Of a stretch of DNA of 64,000 nucleotides, positions 33,668-42,100 are shown piece after piece; the first letter of the stretch is position 1, and the number at the start of each line of letters is the position of its first letter. Source of the stretch: Candidatus Methylomirabilota bacterium (GTDB lineage Bacteria > Methylomirabilota > Methylomirabilia > Rokubacteriales > CSP1-6); the NCBI GenBank assembly GCA_035281625.1, contig DATEDO010000105.1, forward strand, positions 102 to 64,101. Direction: 5' to 3'. The position numbers were made by a program, and so were the translations under genes. The notes beneath the pieces were generated by a model. The model was not told the origin of the DNA. It did not search any database and worked only from the letters and a program-made list of their open reading frames with translations.

Positions 33668-34681
33668 ATGAAATTCGGCATCGGACTCTCGGTGCAGCAT
33701 CGTCCGGAGGAGTCGCAGGCGCAGCGCTTCGCCGAGCATCTCGAGCAGGTGCGGCTGGCCAAGCGCGTGGGCTTTCACTCCATCTGGTCGAGCCAGCACT
33801 ATCTCTCCGACCCCTTCACCTACTTCCAGCCCATTCCCACGCTGGCGCGGGTGGCCGCCGAGGCGGAGGGCATGACGCTGGGCACGGGCGTGATCCTCCT
33901 CCCGCTGCATCAGCCGGTGGATCTCGCCGAGCAGCTCGCCACGCTGGACGTCATCACGGGGGGACGGCTCATCGTCGGGCTGGGCCTGGGCTACCGCGAC
34001 GTGGAGAACCTCGCCATGGGCCATGACCCGAGCGCCCGCGTCGGGCGGCTCGTCGAAGGGCTCCAGGCGCTGGAGCGACTGTGGTCGGGCGAGCCGGCCT
34101 CGCTCGACGGCAAGCACTTCCAGCTGCGCGACGTGCGCATCTCCATGCCGCCGCTGCAGCGGCCGCGCCCGCCCATCTGGCTGGCCGCCAACGGCGATGC
34201 CGGGGTCAAGCGCGCGGCGCGGCTGGCCGACACGTGGCTCATCAATCCGCATACCACACTCCCCACGCTGGAGCGGCAGCTCGCCCTGTTCCACGCCGAG
34301 CGCCGCGCCGCCGGCCGCCCGCCCGCGCCGGAGATTCCGTTGATCCGGGAGTGCTACGTCTCGGACAGCCAGGCCGGCGCCTTCGCCGAGGCCCAGCCCA
34401 TCCTGGAGCCGAAGTACAAGGCCTACCAGCGCTGGGAGCAGGACAAGGCCCTGCCCAAGGGCGAGACCTGGAGCGACGCCTTCGCGGAGCTGGCCCGGGA
34501 CCGCTTCATCCTGGGCGATCCCGCGCGCGTCCGCGAGGAGATCGCGCGCTACCGAGAGCGGCTGGGCGTCACGTCCATGGTGTTCCGGCTGCAGTGGCCG
34601 GGCATGGACCAGGCGCGCGTGCTCAGGACGATCCGACTCCTCGGGGAGAAGGTCTTGCCGCACGTTCCGCCCGCCCTTTAG
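33668..34681 (+). CDS. LLM-class flavin/F420-dependent oxidoreductase
   Basis: MKFGIGL...SSQHY...GRLIVGLGLGY. Start ATG 33668 lies within track ORF 33284..34681. Confidence 0.88.
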   Translation: MKFGIGLSVQHRPEESQAQRFAEHLEQVRLAKRVGFHSIWSSQHYLSDPFTYFQPIPTLARVAAEAEGMTLGTGVILLPLHQPVDLAEQLATLDVITGGRLIVGLGLGYRDVENLAMGHDPSARVGRLVEGLQALERLWSGEPASLDGKHFQLRDVRISMPPLQRPRPPIWLAANGDAGVKRAARLADTWLINPHTTLPTLERQLALFHAERRAAGRPPAPEIPLIRECYVSDSQAGAFAEAQPILEPKYKAYQRWEQDKALPKGETWSDAFAELARDRFILGDPARVREEIARYRERLGVTSMVFRLQWPGMDQARVLRTIRLLGEKVLPHVPPAL

Positions 34682-35133
34682 TGCTGCGCCTGGCCCCGCT
34701 CTTTCGCGTGTCCGCCGAGGTGGGCGAGGTGCGCTCGCTGGGCGAGGCGCCCGGCGGCGAGCGCCGTGTAGTCGCCATCCTCGGCGGCAGCTTCGCCGGC
34801 GATGACCTCGCGGGCGAGGTCGTGCCCGGCGGCGCCGACTGGCAATGGCGGCGCGCCGACGGCACCCTCGACATCGACGCGCACTACGCCCTCCGCGAGC
34901 GGAGCGGCGCCGTCATCGAGGTGGAGAGCCGCGGCCTTCGCACCGGCCCGCCCGCGGTGCTCGAGCGGCTGGCGCGCGGCGAGCCCGTGGACCCCGCCGA
35001 GTACTACTTCCGCACCGTCCTGCGCTTCACCACCGGGGACGCGCGGCTAGCCTGGCTCAACCGCACCATCGGCATCGCGAGCGCCGCGCGCCACGCCCGG
35101 CGGGTGGAGCTGGATGTCTACCGGCTGCTGTAG
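34681..35133 (+). CDS. DUF3237 family protein
   Basis: GERRVVAILGGSFAGDDLAGEVVPGGADWQWRRADG. GTG 34681 overlaps the TAG of the upstream gene. Confidence 0.75.
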   Translation: MLRLAPLFRVSAEVGEVRSLGEAPGGERRVVAILGGSFAGDDLAGEVVPGGADWQWRRADGTLDIDAHYALRERSGAVIEVESRGLRTGPPAVLERLARGEPVDPAEYYFRTVLRFTTGDARLAWLNRTIGIASAARHARRVELDVYRLL

Positions 35134-35150
35134 CCGCCCGCGTATCGCCG

Positions 35151-36317
35151 CTACACGACCTTCTCGTCGCGCAAACTCCTGATCTCCGCCTGAGAAAACC
35201 CCAGCTCCCCCAGGATCTCGTCCGTGTGCTCACCGGTGTCGGGCGAATGCCGGCGCACCGAGCCCGGCGTCCGCGCGAGCGTCACCGGCGGCGCCTGCAC
35301 CAGGATCTCGCCGAGCGCCGGATGCTTCACCGGCACCGCCATTCCCAGGTGCTTCACCTGCTCGTTCTCGTACACCTGCTTGACGTCGAGGATGGGGCCG
35401 GAGGGGACGCCCTTGGCGTTCAGCAGCTCCACCCACTCCGCGCTGGTGCGCGTCGCGAAGGCCTTCTCGAGCTCGGGCGCCAGCGCCTTGCGGTTCTTGG
35501 AGCGGTCGGGCGCCGTCTTGAAGCGCGGGTCGTCGAGCAGCGGCTCGGCGCCGAGGGCCTCGCAGAGGCGGCGGAACATGTTCTGCCCGGAGGCCGCGAT
35601 GTTGATGTGGCCGTCCCTGGTCTTGAAGACCCCGGTGGGGATCGCGGTGGGATGGTCGTTCCCGGCCTGCGGCGGGATCTCGCCCGCGATCAGCCAGCGG
35701 GCCGCCTGGAAGTCGAGCATGGTGACCATGGCCTGCAGCAGCGAGGTGTGCACCCACTGCCCGCGTCCCGAGCGCTCGCGCTCGAGCAGCGCCACGAGAA
35801 TCCCCTGGGCCAAGAAGATGCCGGCGGTGAGATCGGCCACCGGGATGCCCACTCGCACCGGGCCTTGCCCGGGCAGGCCGGTGATGGACATGAGCCCGCC
35901 CATGCCCTGCGCGATCTGGTCGTAGCCGGGCCGGTCGCGATACGGCCCGGTCTGCCCGAAGCCCGAGATGCTGCCGTAGATCAACCGGGGGTTGTCTCTG
36001 CTCAAAGTCTCGTAGTCGATGCCGAGCCGGTTCTTGACATCGGGGCGGAAGTTCTCCACCACGACGTCGGCCCTGGCGATGAGGCGCTTCAGGATGTCGA
36101 TGCCCTTGGGCGACTTGAGGTCGAGAGTGATGGACCGCTTGTTGCGGTGGAGGTTCTGGCTGTCGAAGCCGCGGCGGGGGAAGTCGCCCTGCTCGTCCTC
36201 GCGGGCGGAGACCTGGATCACCTGCGCCCCCATGTCCGCGAGCTGGCGGACGCAGGTCGGCCCGGAGCGGGCGCGGGTGAGGTCGATGACGGTGTAGGGC
36301 GCGAGGGGCAGAGTCAT
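35151..36317 (-). CDS. Class III CoA-transferase (CaiB/BaiF family)
   Basis: VIDLTRARSGPTC...VVENFRPDV...GFGQTGPY...YDQIAQGMGGLMS. AAGGAGG RBS; ATGA overlap. Confidence 0.92.
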   Translation of the reverse strand: MTLPLAPYTVIDLTRARSGPTCVRQLADMGAQVIQVSAREDEQGDFPRRGFDSQNLHRNKRSITLDLKSPKGIDILKRLIARADVVVENFRPDVKNRLGIDYETLSRDNPRLIYGSISGFGQTGPYRDRPGYDQIAQGMGGLMSITGLPGQGPVRVGIPVADLTAGIFLAQGILVALLERERSGRGQWVHTSLLQAMVTMLDFQAARWLIAGEIPPQAGNDHPTAIPTGVFKTRDGHINIAASGQNMFRRLCEALGAEPLLDDPRFKTAPDRSKNRKALAPELEKAFATRTSAEWVELLNAKGVPSGPILDVKQVYENEQVKHLGMAVPVKHPALGEILVQAPPVTLARTPGSVRRHSPDTGEHTDEILGELGFSQAEIRSLRDEKVV

Positions 36318-37210
36318 TTCCGGCCTCCTTGGTCGGGAGGAAGTATGGCGGATGCGCTGACCGACTTCGGGTTCCGCAGGGGCCAGCGACCCCCGTCGAC
36401 CGCAGTGAGGAAGTCGAGCACGCCGCGATTGAAGGCTTCGGGCTCCTCGAGGTTGATGGTGTGGCCGGATTTCGGCAGCACCAGGAGCCCCGACGAGCGG
36501 ATCTTGCGCTTGAGATAGAGCGCCGGCTCGAGACACGGCTCGTCCTCGTCGCCGGTGACGATGAGGGTCGGCACCTCGAGCCGCTCCAGATCGTTCTCGA
36601 GCTCGTACACCGACGGGCGCGTCATCTGGACGCCGCGCATGGTCAGGGCATGACCCTGGGCGGACTGGGCGACGAACTGGTCGTAGAGCTCGCGCCAGCC
36701 CTTGGGATCCTTGTCCATCAGCTGCACCCGCGTGGGCCCCTTGGTGTAGAAGTCCGCCACCGCGACGATCCCGTCGTCCACGAAGCGCCGCGCCGTCTCC
36801 TCCACGTCCTTGCGGAACCGCTCGCGCTCGCCCGGCACGCTCCCGTAGCCGGCGCCCGCCACCACGATCGATAGCGCGCGTTCGGGGTGGCGAATCCCGA
36901 AGTGCAGGGTGGCGTAGCCTCCCATCGAGAGGCCGCAGATGTGCGCCTTCCGGATGCCGAGCGCATCCAGCAGCCCCCGGATGTCCTCGACGGCGCGATC
37001 CTGCGAGTAGGCGGCGGGATCGGTGGGCACGTCCGACGGCGGGTAGCCCCGCGCGTTGTACGCGATGGTGCGGTAGCGGCGCGAGAAGAAGCGCACTTGG
37101 AGATGCCAGCTCTGATAGTCGCCGGCGAACTCGTGGACGAACACGAGGGGAACGCCCTCGCCGAACTCCTCATAGAAGAGGTTGATGCCGTCGACGCGCG
37201 CGGTGGGCAT
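36314..37210 (-). CDS. Alpha/beta hydrolase
   Basis: GLSMGG nucleophile elbow. A C-terminal His lies in LPKSGH. Confidence 0.88.
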   Translation of the reverse strand: MPTARVDGINLFYEEFGEGVPLVFVHEFAGDYQSWHLQVRFFSRRYRTIAYNARGYPPSDVPTDPAAYSQDRAVEDIRGLLDALGIRKAHICGLSMGGYATLHFGIRHPERALSIVVAGAGYGSVPGERERFRKDVEETARRFVDDGIVAVADFYTKGPTRVQLMDKDPKGWRELYDQFVAQSAQGHALTMRGVQMTRPSVYELENDLERLEVPTLIVTGDEDEPCLEPALYLKRKIRSSGLLVLPKSGHTINLEEPEAFNRGVLDFLTAVDGGRWPLRNPKSVSASAILPPDQGGRK

Positions 37211-37222
37211 GCCTCCTTGTAC

Positions 37223-38248
37223 TCAAACTTTGCCGTCGAGGCAAGCGCGCAGGGCGGCCCCGAGCTCGGCAGCGTGCGTGGTGATGGCGGTCAGGTGCGC
37301 GCCGGGAATCTCGCGGATGATGGCCTGCGGAGCGGCCTCGCGCCATGCCCGCGACGCGCCCTCCCGCATCGCGTACGGCTCCTCGGCGGGCCAGAAGATC
37401 GTGAGGGGGCCCGCGAAGCGCCCCGGACGATACCCGCGCATGATCCGGCGATAGCGCTCGAACAAGGACGGGGAGGTTTCCGCGGGCGGCGCCGCGGGCA
37501 ACTCCGGCGGGCGGCGGCCCAGGAGGCGGCGCACGCGGCGCCGGATGCCGGCCCGGAGGCGGTCCACCGTCCAGCCCGATTCGGCCAGCCGCGCGCCGGG
37601 CAGATTCGGCGCGATGAGGATCAACCGCTCGACGACTTCTCCCTCGGCGATGAGCGTCCGCGCCATCTCGTAGGCCACGAGGCCACCGTTGCAGTACCCG
37701 GCGAGCCGATACGGACCCGCGGGACGCAGCCGGCGCAGCTCGGCGAGCGGCTCCGCGACCATGTCCTCGATGGTGGGGGGCAGGGGGCGGCCGTCGACGC
37801 CCAGCGGGGCGAACGCGTGCACCGGCTGATCCCTGCCGAGATGCCCGGCCAGGGCGAGACAGTAGAAGCCGCCGCCGTTCATGTCCCCGTGCATCAGGAA
37901 GAGCTCCGGACGCTGTCCGGGGCCGGTGTTCAGGTTGCGGCCGATGTACTTCCGCGCGCTGCCGCTCCGGCTCTCGGAAGCTTTCATCAGCCCGGCGAGC
38001 GTCTCGATCGTCACGTCGAGGGAACGAGCGGGCGGCGGGGCCGCGTGGCCGCACGCTCGCTCGACCTCGGCCAGCATGCGGGCGGCCTGCTCGGGGGTGC
38101 CGCCGAGATGGGCGAAGCGCTCCGTCACGCTCGCGATCCGGACGCCGAGGACGTCCTGCCAGATGTCGCGCACCATCACTTCGAGCGGATCGAGAGGCCG
38201 GCGGGGCGGCGGCGGCGTCTCGCGGGCCCTCCCGCGCGCGGGGGTCAC
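37223..38248 (-). CDS. Carrier-protein-like domain lacking the Ser, fused to a type-I thioesterase with a GxCxG nucleophile motif
   Basis: The N-terminus has VRDIWQDVLGV...FAHLGGTPEQA, where GG-T-P replaces GG-x-S. The TE part has LFLMHG...GYCNGG (Cys186). GTGA overlap with the ACP gene. Confidence 0.75.
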   Translation of the reverse strand: MTPARGRARETPPPPRRPLDPLEVMVRDIWQDVLGVRIASVTERFAHLGGTPEQAARMLAEVERACGHAAPPPARSLDVTIETLAGLMKASESRSGSARKYIGRNLNTGPGQRPELFLMHGDMNGGGFYCLALAGHLGRDQPVHAFAPLGVDGRPLPPTIEDMVAEPLAELRRLRPAGPYRLAGYCNGGLVAYEMARTLIAEGEVVERLILIAPNLPGARLAESGWTVDRLRAGIRRRVRRLLGRRPPELPAAPPAETSPSLFERYRRIMRGYRPGRFAGPLTIFWPAEEPYAMREGASRAWREAAPQAIIREIPGAHLTAITTHAAELGAALRACLDGKV

Positions 38249-38508
38249 CGCCCGGCGAGACGCCGCTCGATCACGTCGGCCAGGCTGCCGAGGGTCCGGA
38301 GCGATGCGTCGCTGAGATCGGAGGGCTCGAAGTCCACGCGGAACTCTCGCTCCACCGCGACCACCAGCTCGAGCAGCGCCACCGAGTCGAGCCAGAGGCC
38401 CCCATCCCGCAGCGGGGTCGAGGCGTCGAGCGCGCCCGACGCGCGCGCGGAGCCCGCCAGCTCCCGCACGAGCTTCTCCAATCGGTCGAGGATCACCCTG
38501 GTTGTCAA
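38245..38508 (-). CDS. Acyl carrier protein (stand-alone)
   Basis: GLWLDSVALLELVVAVEREF with the DS phosphopantetheine site. Start is TTG 38508 (GGAG 5 nt upstream) or GTG 38496. Confidence 0.75.
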   Translation of the reverse strand: MTTRVILDRLEKLVRELAGSARASGALDASTPLRDGGLWLDSVALLELVVAVEREFRVDFEPSDLSDASLRTLGSLADVIERRLAGR

Positions 38509-38510
38509 TG

Positions 38511-39431
38511 CTACTCCGACCGGGCGTCCATCGCGTCCTTTGCGAAGCCGGTGTTCACCAGGTCCTCGTAGCGGTGGGTTCGGCGGATGAACCCGCCGCT
38601 GAGGAGAATGCTCTGTAGCGTGTCGTAGCCCGGGCGCCGGAGCAGCGGATCGCGCGCCCACGTGTCCTGGCGCTGATACCGCGCGATCGCGGCCTCCAGC
38701 AGCGAGCGCTCCACCGCGGGGTACGCGGCGACCACCACGCGCGCGACTTCGCCGGCGCCGCGGCCGGCCAGCCAGCGCTGCGTGCGATAGACGGCCCGGG
38801 CGAAGCGGGCCACCACCTCGGGCTCGCGCGCGAGCAGCGCGGGGGCCGCCATGTAGGACGTGAAGGGCAGCGGCCCGGTCGCCTCGCCCATGGAGACCGC
38901 GATGTGGGCGGCGCCGTCGCGGACGAGGGCCTCCACGACGGGCTGCGTCGTCTCCAGGTAGTCGCCCTCGCCCCCACGGAAGGCGGCGACCGCGTCCGCC
39001 ATGGGCCGATCGCGCTCGATGCGCACCCGAGCGGAATCCACTCCGTGGCGCCGCAGGACCGTGAGCAGGCACTGCCAGGGGGTGGGCGCCTCCTGGAAGC
39101 CCAGCACCGTCTTGCCGATGAGGTCGGCGAAGCGGAAGCGCGGCTCGGGACGGCGCGACAGGAGGAAGAAGGCGTTGCGGCTGCACACCTCTGCGAAGTG
39201 CGCGACGTGCTGGCCGGTGCGGTCGGCCAGCTCGAAGCTGCGCATGAGACCGCCCAGGCAGATCTCGATCTCGCCGTCGAGCAGGGCCTGCATGGTGCCC
39301 CGCGGATAGCGCGAGGCCGGCGCCACCGTCACGTCCAGCTCCTCGGCGGCGAAGTGGCCGAGGGCGATCCCCGCCGGGAGCGCCGCATAGAAGGGGGTAG
39401 GGAACGGCATGGGAACGGTCAGGGCGCGCAT
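38511..39431 (-). CDS. NMT1/THI5-like (NitT/TauT-type) substrate-binding-fold protein without a signal peptide
   Basis: 306 aa with no N-terminal hydrophobic leader. The overall pattern matches NMT1-like periplasmic-binding-fold proteins. Confidence 0.65.
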   Translation of the reverse strand: MRALTVPMPFPTPFYAALPAGIALGHFAAEELDVTVAPASRYPRGTMQALLDGEIEICLGGLMRSFELADRTGQHVAHFAEVCSRNAFFLLSRRPEPRFRFADLIGKTVLGFQEAPTPWQCLLTVLRRHGVDSARVRIERDRPMADAVAAFRGGEGDYLETTQPVVEALVRDGAAHIAVSMGEATGPLPFTSYMAAPALLAREPEVVARFARAVYRTQRWLAGRGAGEVARVVVAAYPAVERSLLEAAIARYQRQDTWARDPLLRRPGYDTLQSILLSGGFIRRTHRYEDLVNTGFAKDAMDARSE

Positions 39432-39454
39432 GCGGGCTCTCGGGTGCGGGGGAG

Positions 39455-39460
39455 TATAAC
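39455..39460. promoter_or_regulatory. AT-rich -10-like element in the divergent intergenic region: TATAAC on plus, TGtTATACT extended -10 on minus
   Basis: This is the only AT-rich patch (gagtataacag) in the 55-nt divergent spacer between genes starting at 39431 (-) and 39487 (+). Confidence 0.3.
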
Positions 39461-39486
39461 AGCGAACCCCGACACGCCGTGGTACC

Positions 39487-40245
39487 GTGAGCGACGTGGC
39501 ATCCCTGGTTCCGAGGCGCCTCCTCGAGGCCGCGCTCGCCCGCCGCGGCTACGAGGTACGGCCGATCCCGCCCATCACGCGCGACGTCCGGGAGCGCGAG
39601 GCCTTCGTGCGGCGGGCGGAGGATATTCAGCGGCGCCATCGCGCGCAGACCCGCGAGCAGGTGAGGGCCTTACGCGCCAAGTACGCGCGCCCCGTGCTCG
39701 GTCTGGTCAACACCTGGGATCTGCTCGAGCAGCTCGGCGGATGCGTGGATCCCGCCGACGCCGCGCTCTACGGCGCCAGCCAGCAGCTCCACGCGCTCCA
39801 AGTGTTGGCGGCCATGGAGGCCGCCGGCGTGAAGGACCCCGTCCTCCTCGCCGCCGCCCTCATCCACGATGTCGGCAAGCTGCTGCTGCTCGCCGGCGAG
39901 GCCCCGGAGAACGTGGTGGGGGCGATCGCGCCGATCGGCGACCACGCGCCGGGCTGCGGGCTGGACGCGGCGTGGCTCCCGTGGAGTCACCGTGAGTTCG
40001 CCTGGAGCCGCGTGAAGGACGACGTCGACGAGCCGGTGGCCTGGCTGGTGCGCTACCACGGCATCGTTCCCGACCGCTGCACGCCGCTCTTCGACGCGCG
40101 GGACCGCGCATACGCCGAGCGCTATCTCGTCCCCTTCCGGCACTACGACCAGGACTTCAAGTCGCCGTTCGCCCTGCCCCGGAAGCGGCTCGCCGACTAC
40201 CGGGAGCTCGCCGCCCAGCTGCTCCCCCCCACGCTGGTGGTCTGA
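39487..40245 (+). CDS. myo-Inositol oxygenase (MIOX)-family HD-domain di-iron oxygenase
   Basis: QQLHALQ, LIHDVGK, GCGLD, WSHREF, VRYHG and FRHYDQDFKS align with MIOX ligand motifs recalled from memory. GTG start. Confidence 0.75.
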   Translation: MSDVASLVPRRLLEAALARRGYEVRPIPPITRDVREREAFVRRAEDIQRRHRAQTREQVRALRAKYARPVLGLVNTWDLLEQLGGCVDPADAALYGASQQLHALQVLAAMEAAGVKDPVLLAAALIHDVGKLLLLAGEAPENVVGAIAPIGDHAPGCGLDAAWLPWSHREFAWSRVKDDVDEPVAWLVRYHGIVPDRCTPLFDARDRAYAERYLVPFRHYDQDFKSPFALPRKRLADYRELAAQLLPPTLVV

Positions 40246-40251
40246 CGCCCC

Positions 40252-41097
40252 CTACTGCACGCGCAGGCGCGGGTCGAGCACGTCGCGGAGCCCGTCGCCG
40301 AGGAGATTGAGCGACAGGCCCGCCAGGGTGAGCGCGGCGCCGGGACACAGGCTCACCCAGAACGCCTCCCGAATGACGTTCTTGCCGCTCGCGATCACGT
40401 TGCCCCACGACGGCACGTAGGGGGGCACGCCCACCCCCAGGAAGCCCAGGATGGCCTCGGCGAGGATGGCGTAGGCGAAGATGAAGCTCCCCTGCACGAG
40501 GAGAGGGCCGACGCAGTTCGGGAGGATGTGGCGGAACGCGATCACGAGGTCACGCCGGCCGAGCGCGCGGGCCGCCTGCACGTAGTCCAGGTCGCGGAGG
40601 CCCAGCACGGTGCTGCGGATCAGGATCGCGGTCCGCGGCATGTACACGATGGACAGCGCCATGATGACGTTCCACACGCCCGGGCCCCGCGCCGCCATGA
40701 GCGCGATCGCGAGGAGAATGGCCGGGAAGGCCATCATGCCATCCATCACCCGCATGACCATCGCGTCGAGACGGCGGCTGAAGCCGGCGAGGAGCCCCAC
40801 CAGCACGCCGCCCAGCGAGGTGAGCAGCATCGTCGTCACCCCGACCAGGAGCGATACGCGGCTGCCGTGGATCACCAAGCTGTAGATGTCGCGCCCGAAC
40901 TCGTCGGTCCCGAGCAGATGCTCCCCTCCGGGCGGCCGCAGGCGGCTTCCCGGCACCAGGCGCGTGGGGTTGTGCGTGGAGATCACGTCGGCCAGGAAGG
41001 CGGCGAGCACGAACACGAGCAGGATCGCGGCGCCTGTCATTGCGCCGGGATGTCGCGCCAGACGGCGCAGCCAGGTCGGCCGGGAGCGTTCAGTCAT
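40252..41097 (-). CDS. ABC transporter permease (DppC/OppC-like)
   Basis: N-terminal extension plus a BPD-transporter EAA-loop region (YVQAARALG). Confidence 0.9.
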   Translation of the reverse strand: MTERSRPTWLRRLARHPGAMTGAAILLVFVLAAFLADVISTHNPTRLVPGSRLRPPGGEHLLGTDEFGRDIYSLVIHGSRVSLLVGVTTMLLTSLGGVLVGLLAGFSRRLDAMVMRVMDGMMAFPAILLAIALMAARGPGVWNVIMALSIVYMPRTAILIRSTVLGLRDLDYVQAARALGRRDLVIAFRHILPNCVGPLLVQGSFIFAYAILAEAILGFLGVGVPPYVPSWGNVIASGKNVIREAFWVSLCPGAALTLAGLSLNLLGDGLRDVLDPRLRVQ

Positions 41098-42034
41098 AGC
41101 GGATGCGGGGGTCGATGAAGGCGTAGAGGAGGTCCACGAGGAGATTGATGATGACGTAGGCCGCCGCCGTCACCAGCACCACTCCCTGCACCACCGGATA
41201 GTCGCGGCGCAGGATGGCGGAGATGATGAGCCGCCCCAGCCCGGGGATGTTGAACACGATCTCCGTCACCACCGCGCCGCCGATGAGGATGGCGGTGGTG
41301 ATGCCGATCACCGCCACCACCGGGACGAGCGCGTTGCGGAACGCGTGCACGTAGGTCACCACCCCGGGCGACAGGCCCTTGGCGCGGGCAGTCCGGATGT
41401 AGTCCTGCTGGAGCACGTCCAGCATGCACGAGCGCGCGATGCGGGCGATGAGGGCCGACTGATTGAACCCCAGGGAGACCGCGGGCAGCACCATGTACGT
41501 CAGGGCGGTGCGGGGATCCACCCAGATGGACGCGTATCCCGCGGCGGGCAGCCAGCCCAGGCGCACCGCGAAGAGGAAGATGAAGTTGAGGCTCAGCCAG
41601 AAGCCGGGAATGCACACGCCGAGGAGGGAGAGGAACATGAGCCCGCGGTCCCACCAGGAGCCGCGGTGAGCGGCGGCCACGATGCCCGAGGGCACGCCGA
41701 TGGCCACCGCCACGAAGAGCGCCGAAAGGGTGAGGACAATGGTGGGCTCGGCGCGCTCGGCGAGCGCTCGCGTCACCGGCCGGTCGAGGAAGTACGAGTG
41801 CCCGAGGTCGCCCCGCAGGATGCGCGCGTAGAAGGTGAAGAGCTGCTCGTGGAGCGGCCGGTCGAGCCCCAGCCCCGCGCGAGCGGCCTGGATCTGGGAC
41901 GGCGTGGCCTCGGGTCCCAGCATGACGGCGACGGGGTCGCCGGGAATGAGGTGGATGAGGAAGAAGACGATGGTGACGACGACCACCATCACGGGAATGA
42001 CGGCGAGGACGCGGCGAAGGAGGTAGGAGCTCAC
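41090..42034 (-). CDS. ABC transporter permease (DppB/OppB-like)
   Basis: MSSYLLRRVLAVIPV...YIRTARAKGL. Confidence 0.9.
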   Translation of the reverse strand: MSSYLLRRVLAVIPVMVVVVTIVFFLIHLIPGDPVAVMLGPEATPSQIQAARAGLGLDRPLHEQLFTFYARILRGDLGHSYFLDRPVTRALAERAEPTIVLTLSALFVAVAIGVPSGIVAAAHRGSWWDRGLMFLSLLGVCIPGFWLSLNFIFLFAVRLGWLPAAGYASIWVDPRTALTYMVLPAVSLGFNQSALIARIARSCMLDVLQQDYIRTARAKGLSPGVVTYVHAFRNALVPVVAVIGITTAILIGGAVVTEIVFNIPGLGRLIISAILRRDYPVVQGVVLVTAAAYVIINLLVDLLYAFIDPRIRYD

Positions 42035-42060
42035 GGCTCCTCGACAGATCGGCCCGCGGC

Positions 42061-42082
42061 GGGGCCGCCGCCCGGCGGCCCC
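42061..42082 (-). other. Intercistronic 9-bp GC hairpin between the binding-protein and permease genes
   Basis: GGGGCCGCC-gccc-GGCGGCCCC lies in the 66-nt gap after the SBP stop. Confidence 0.5.
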
Positions 42083-42100
42083 GCCCGCGTTAGCGCTCGG

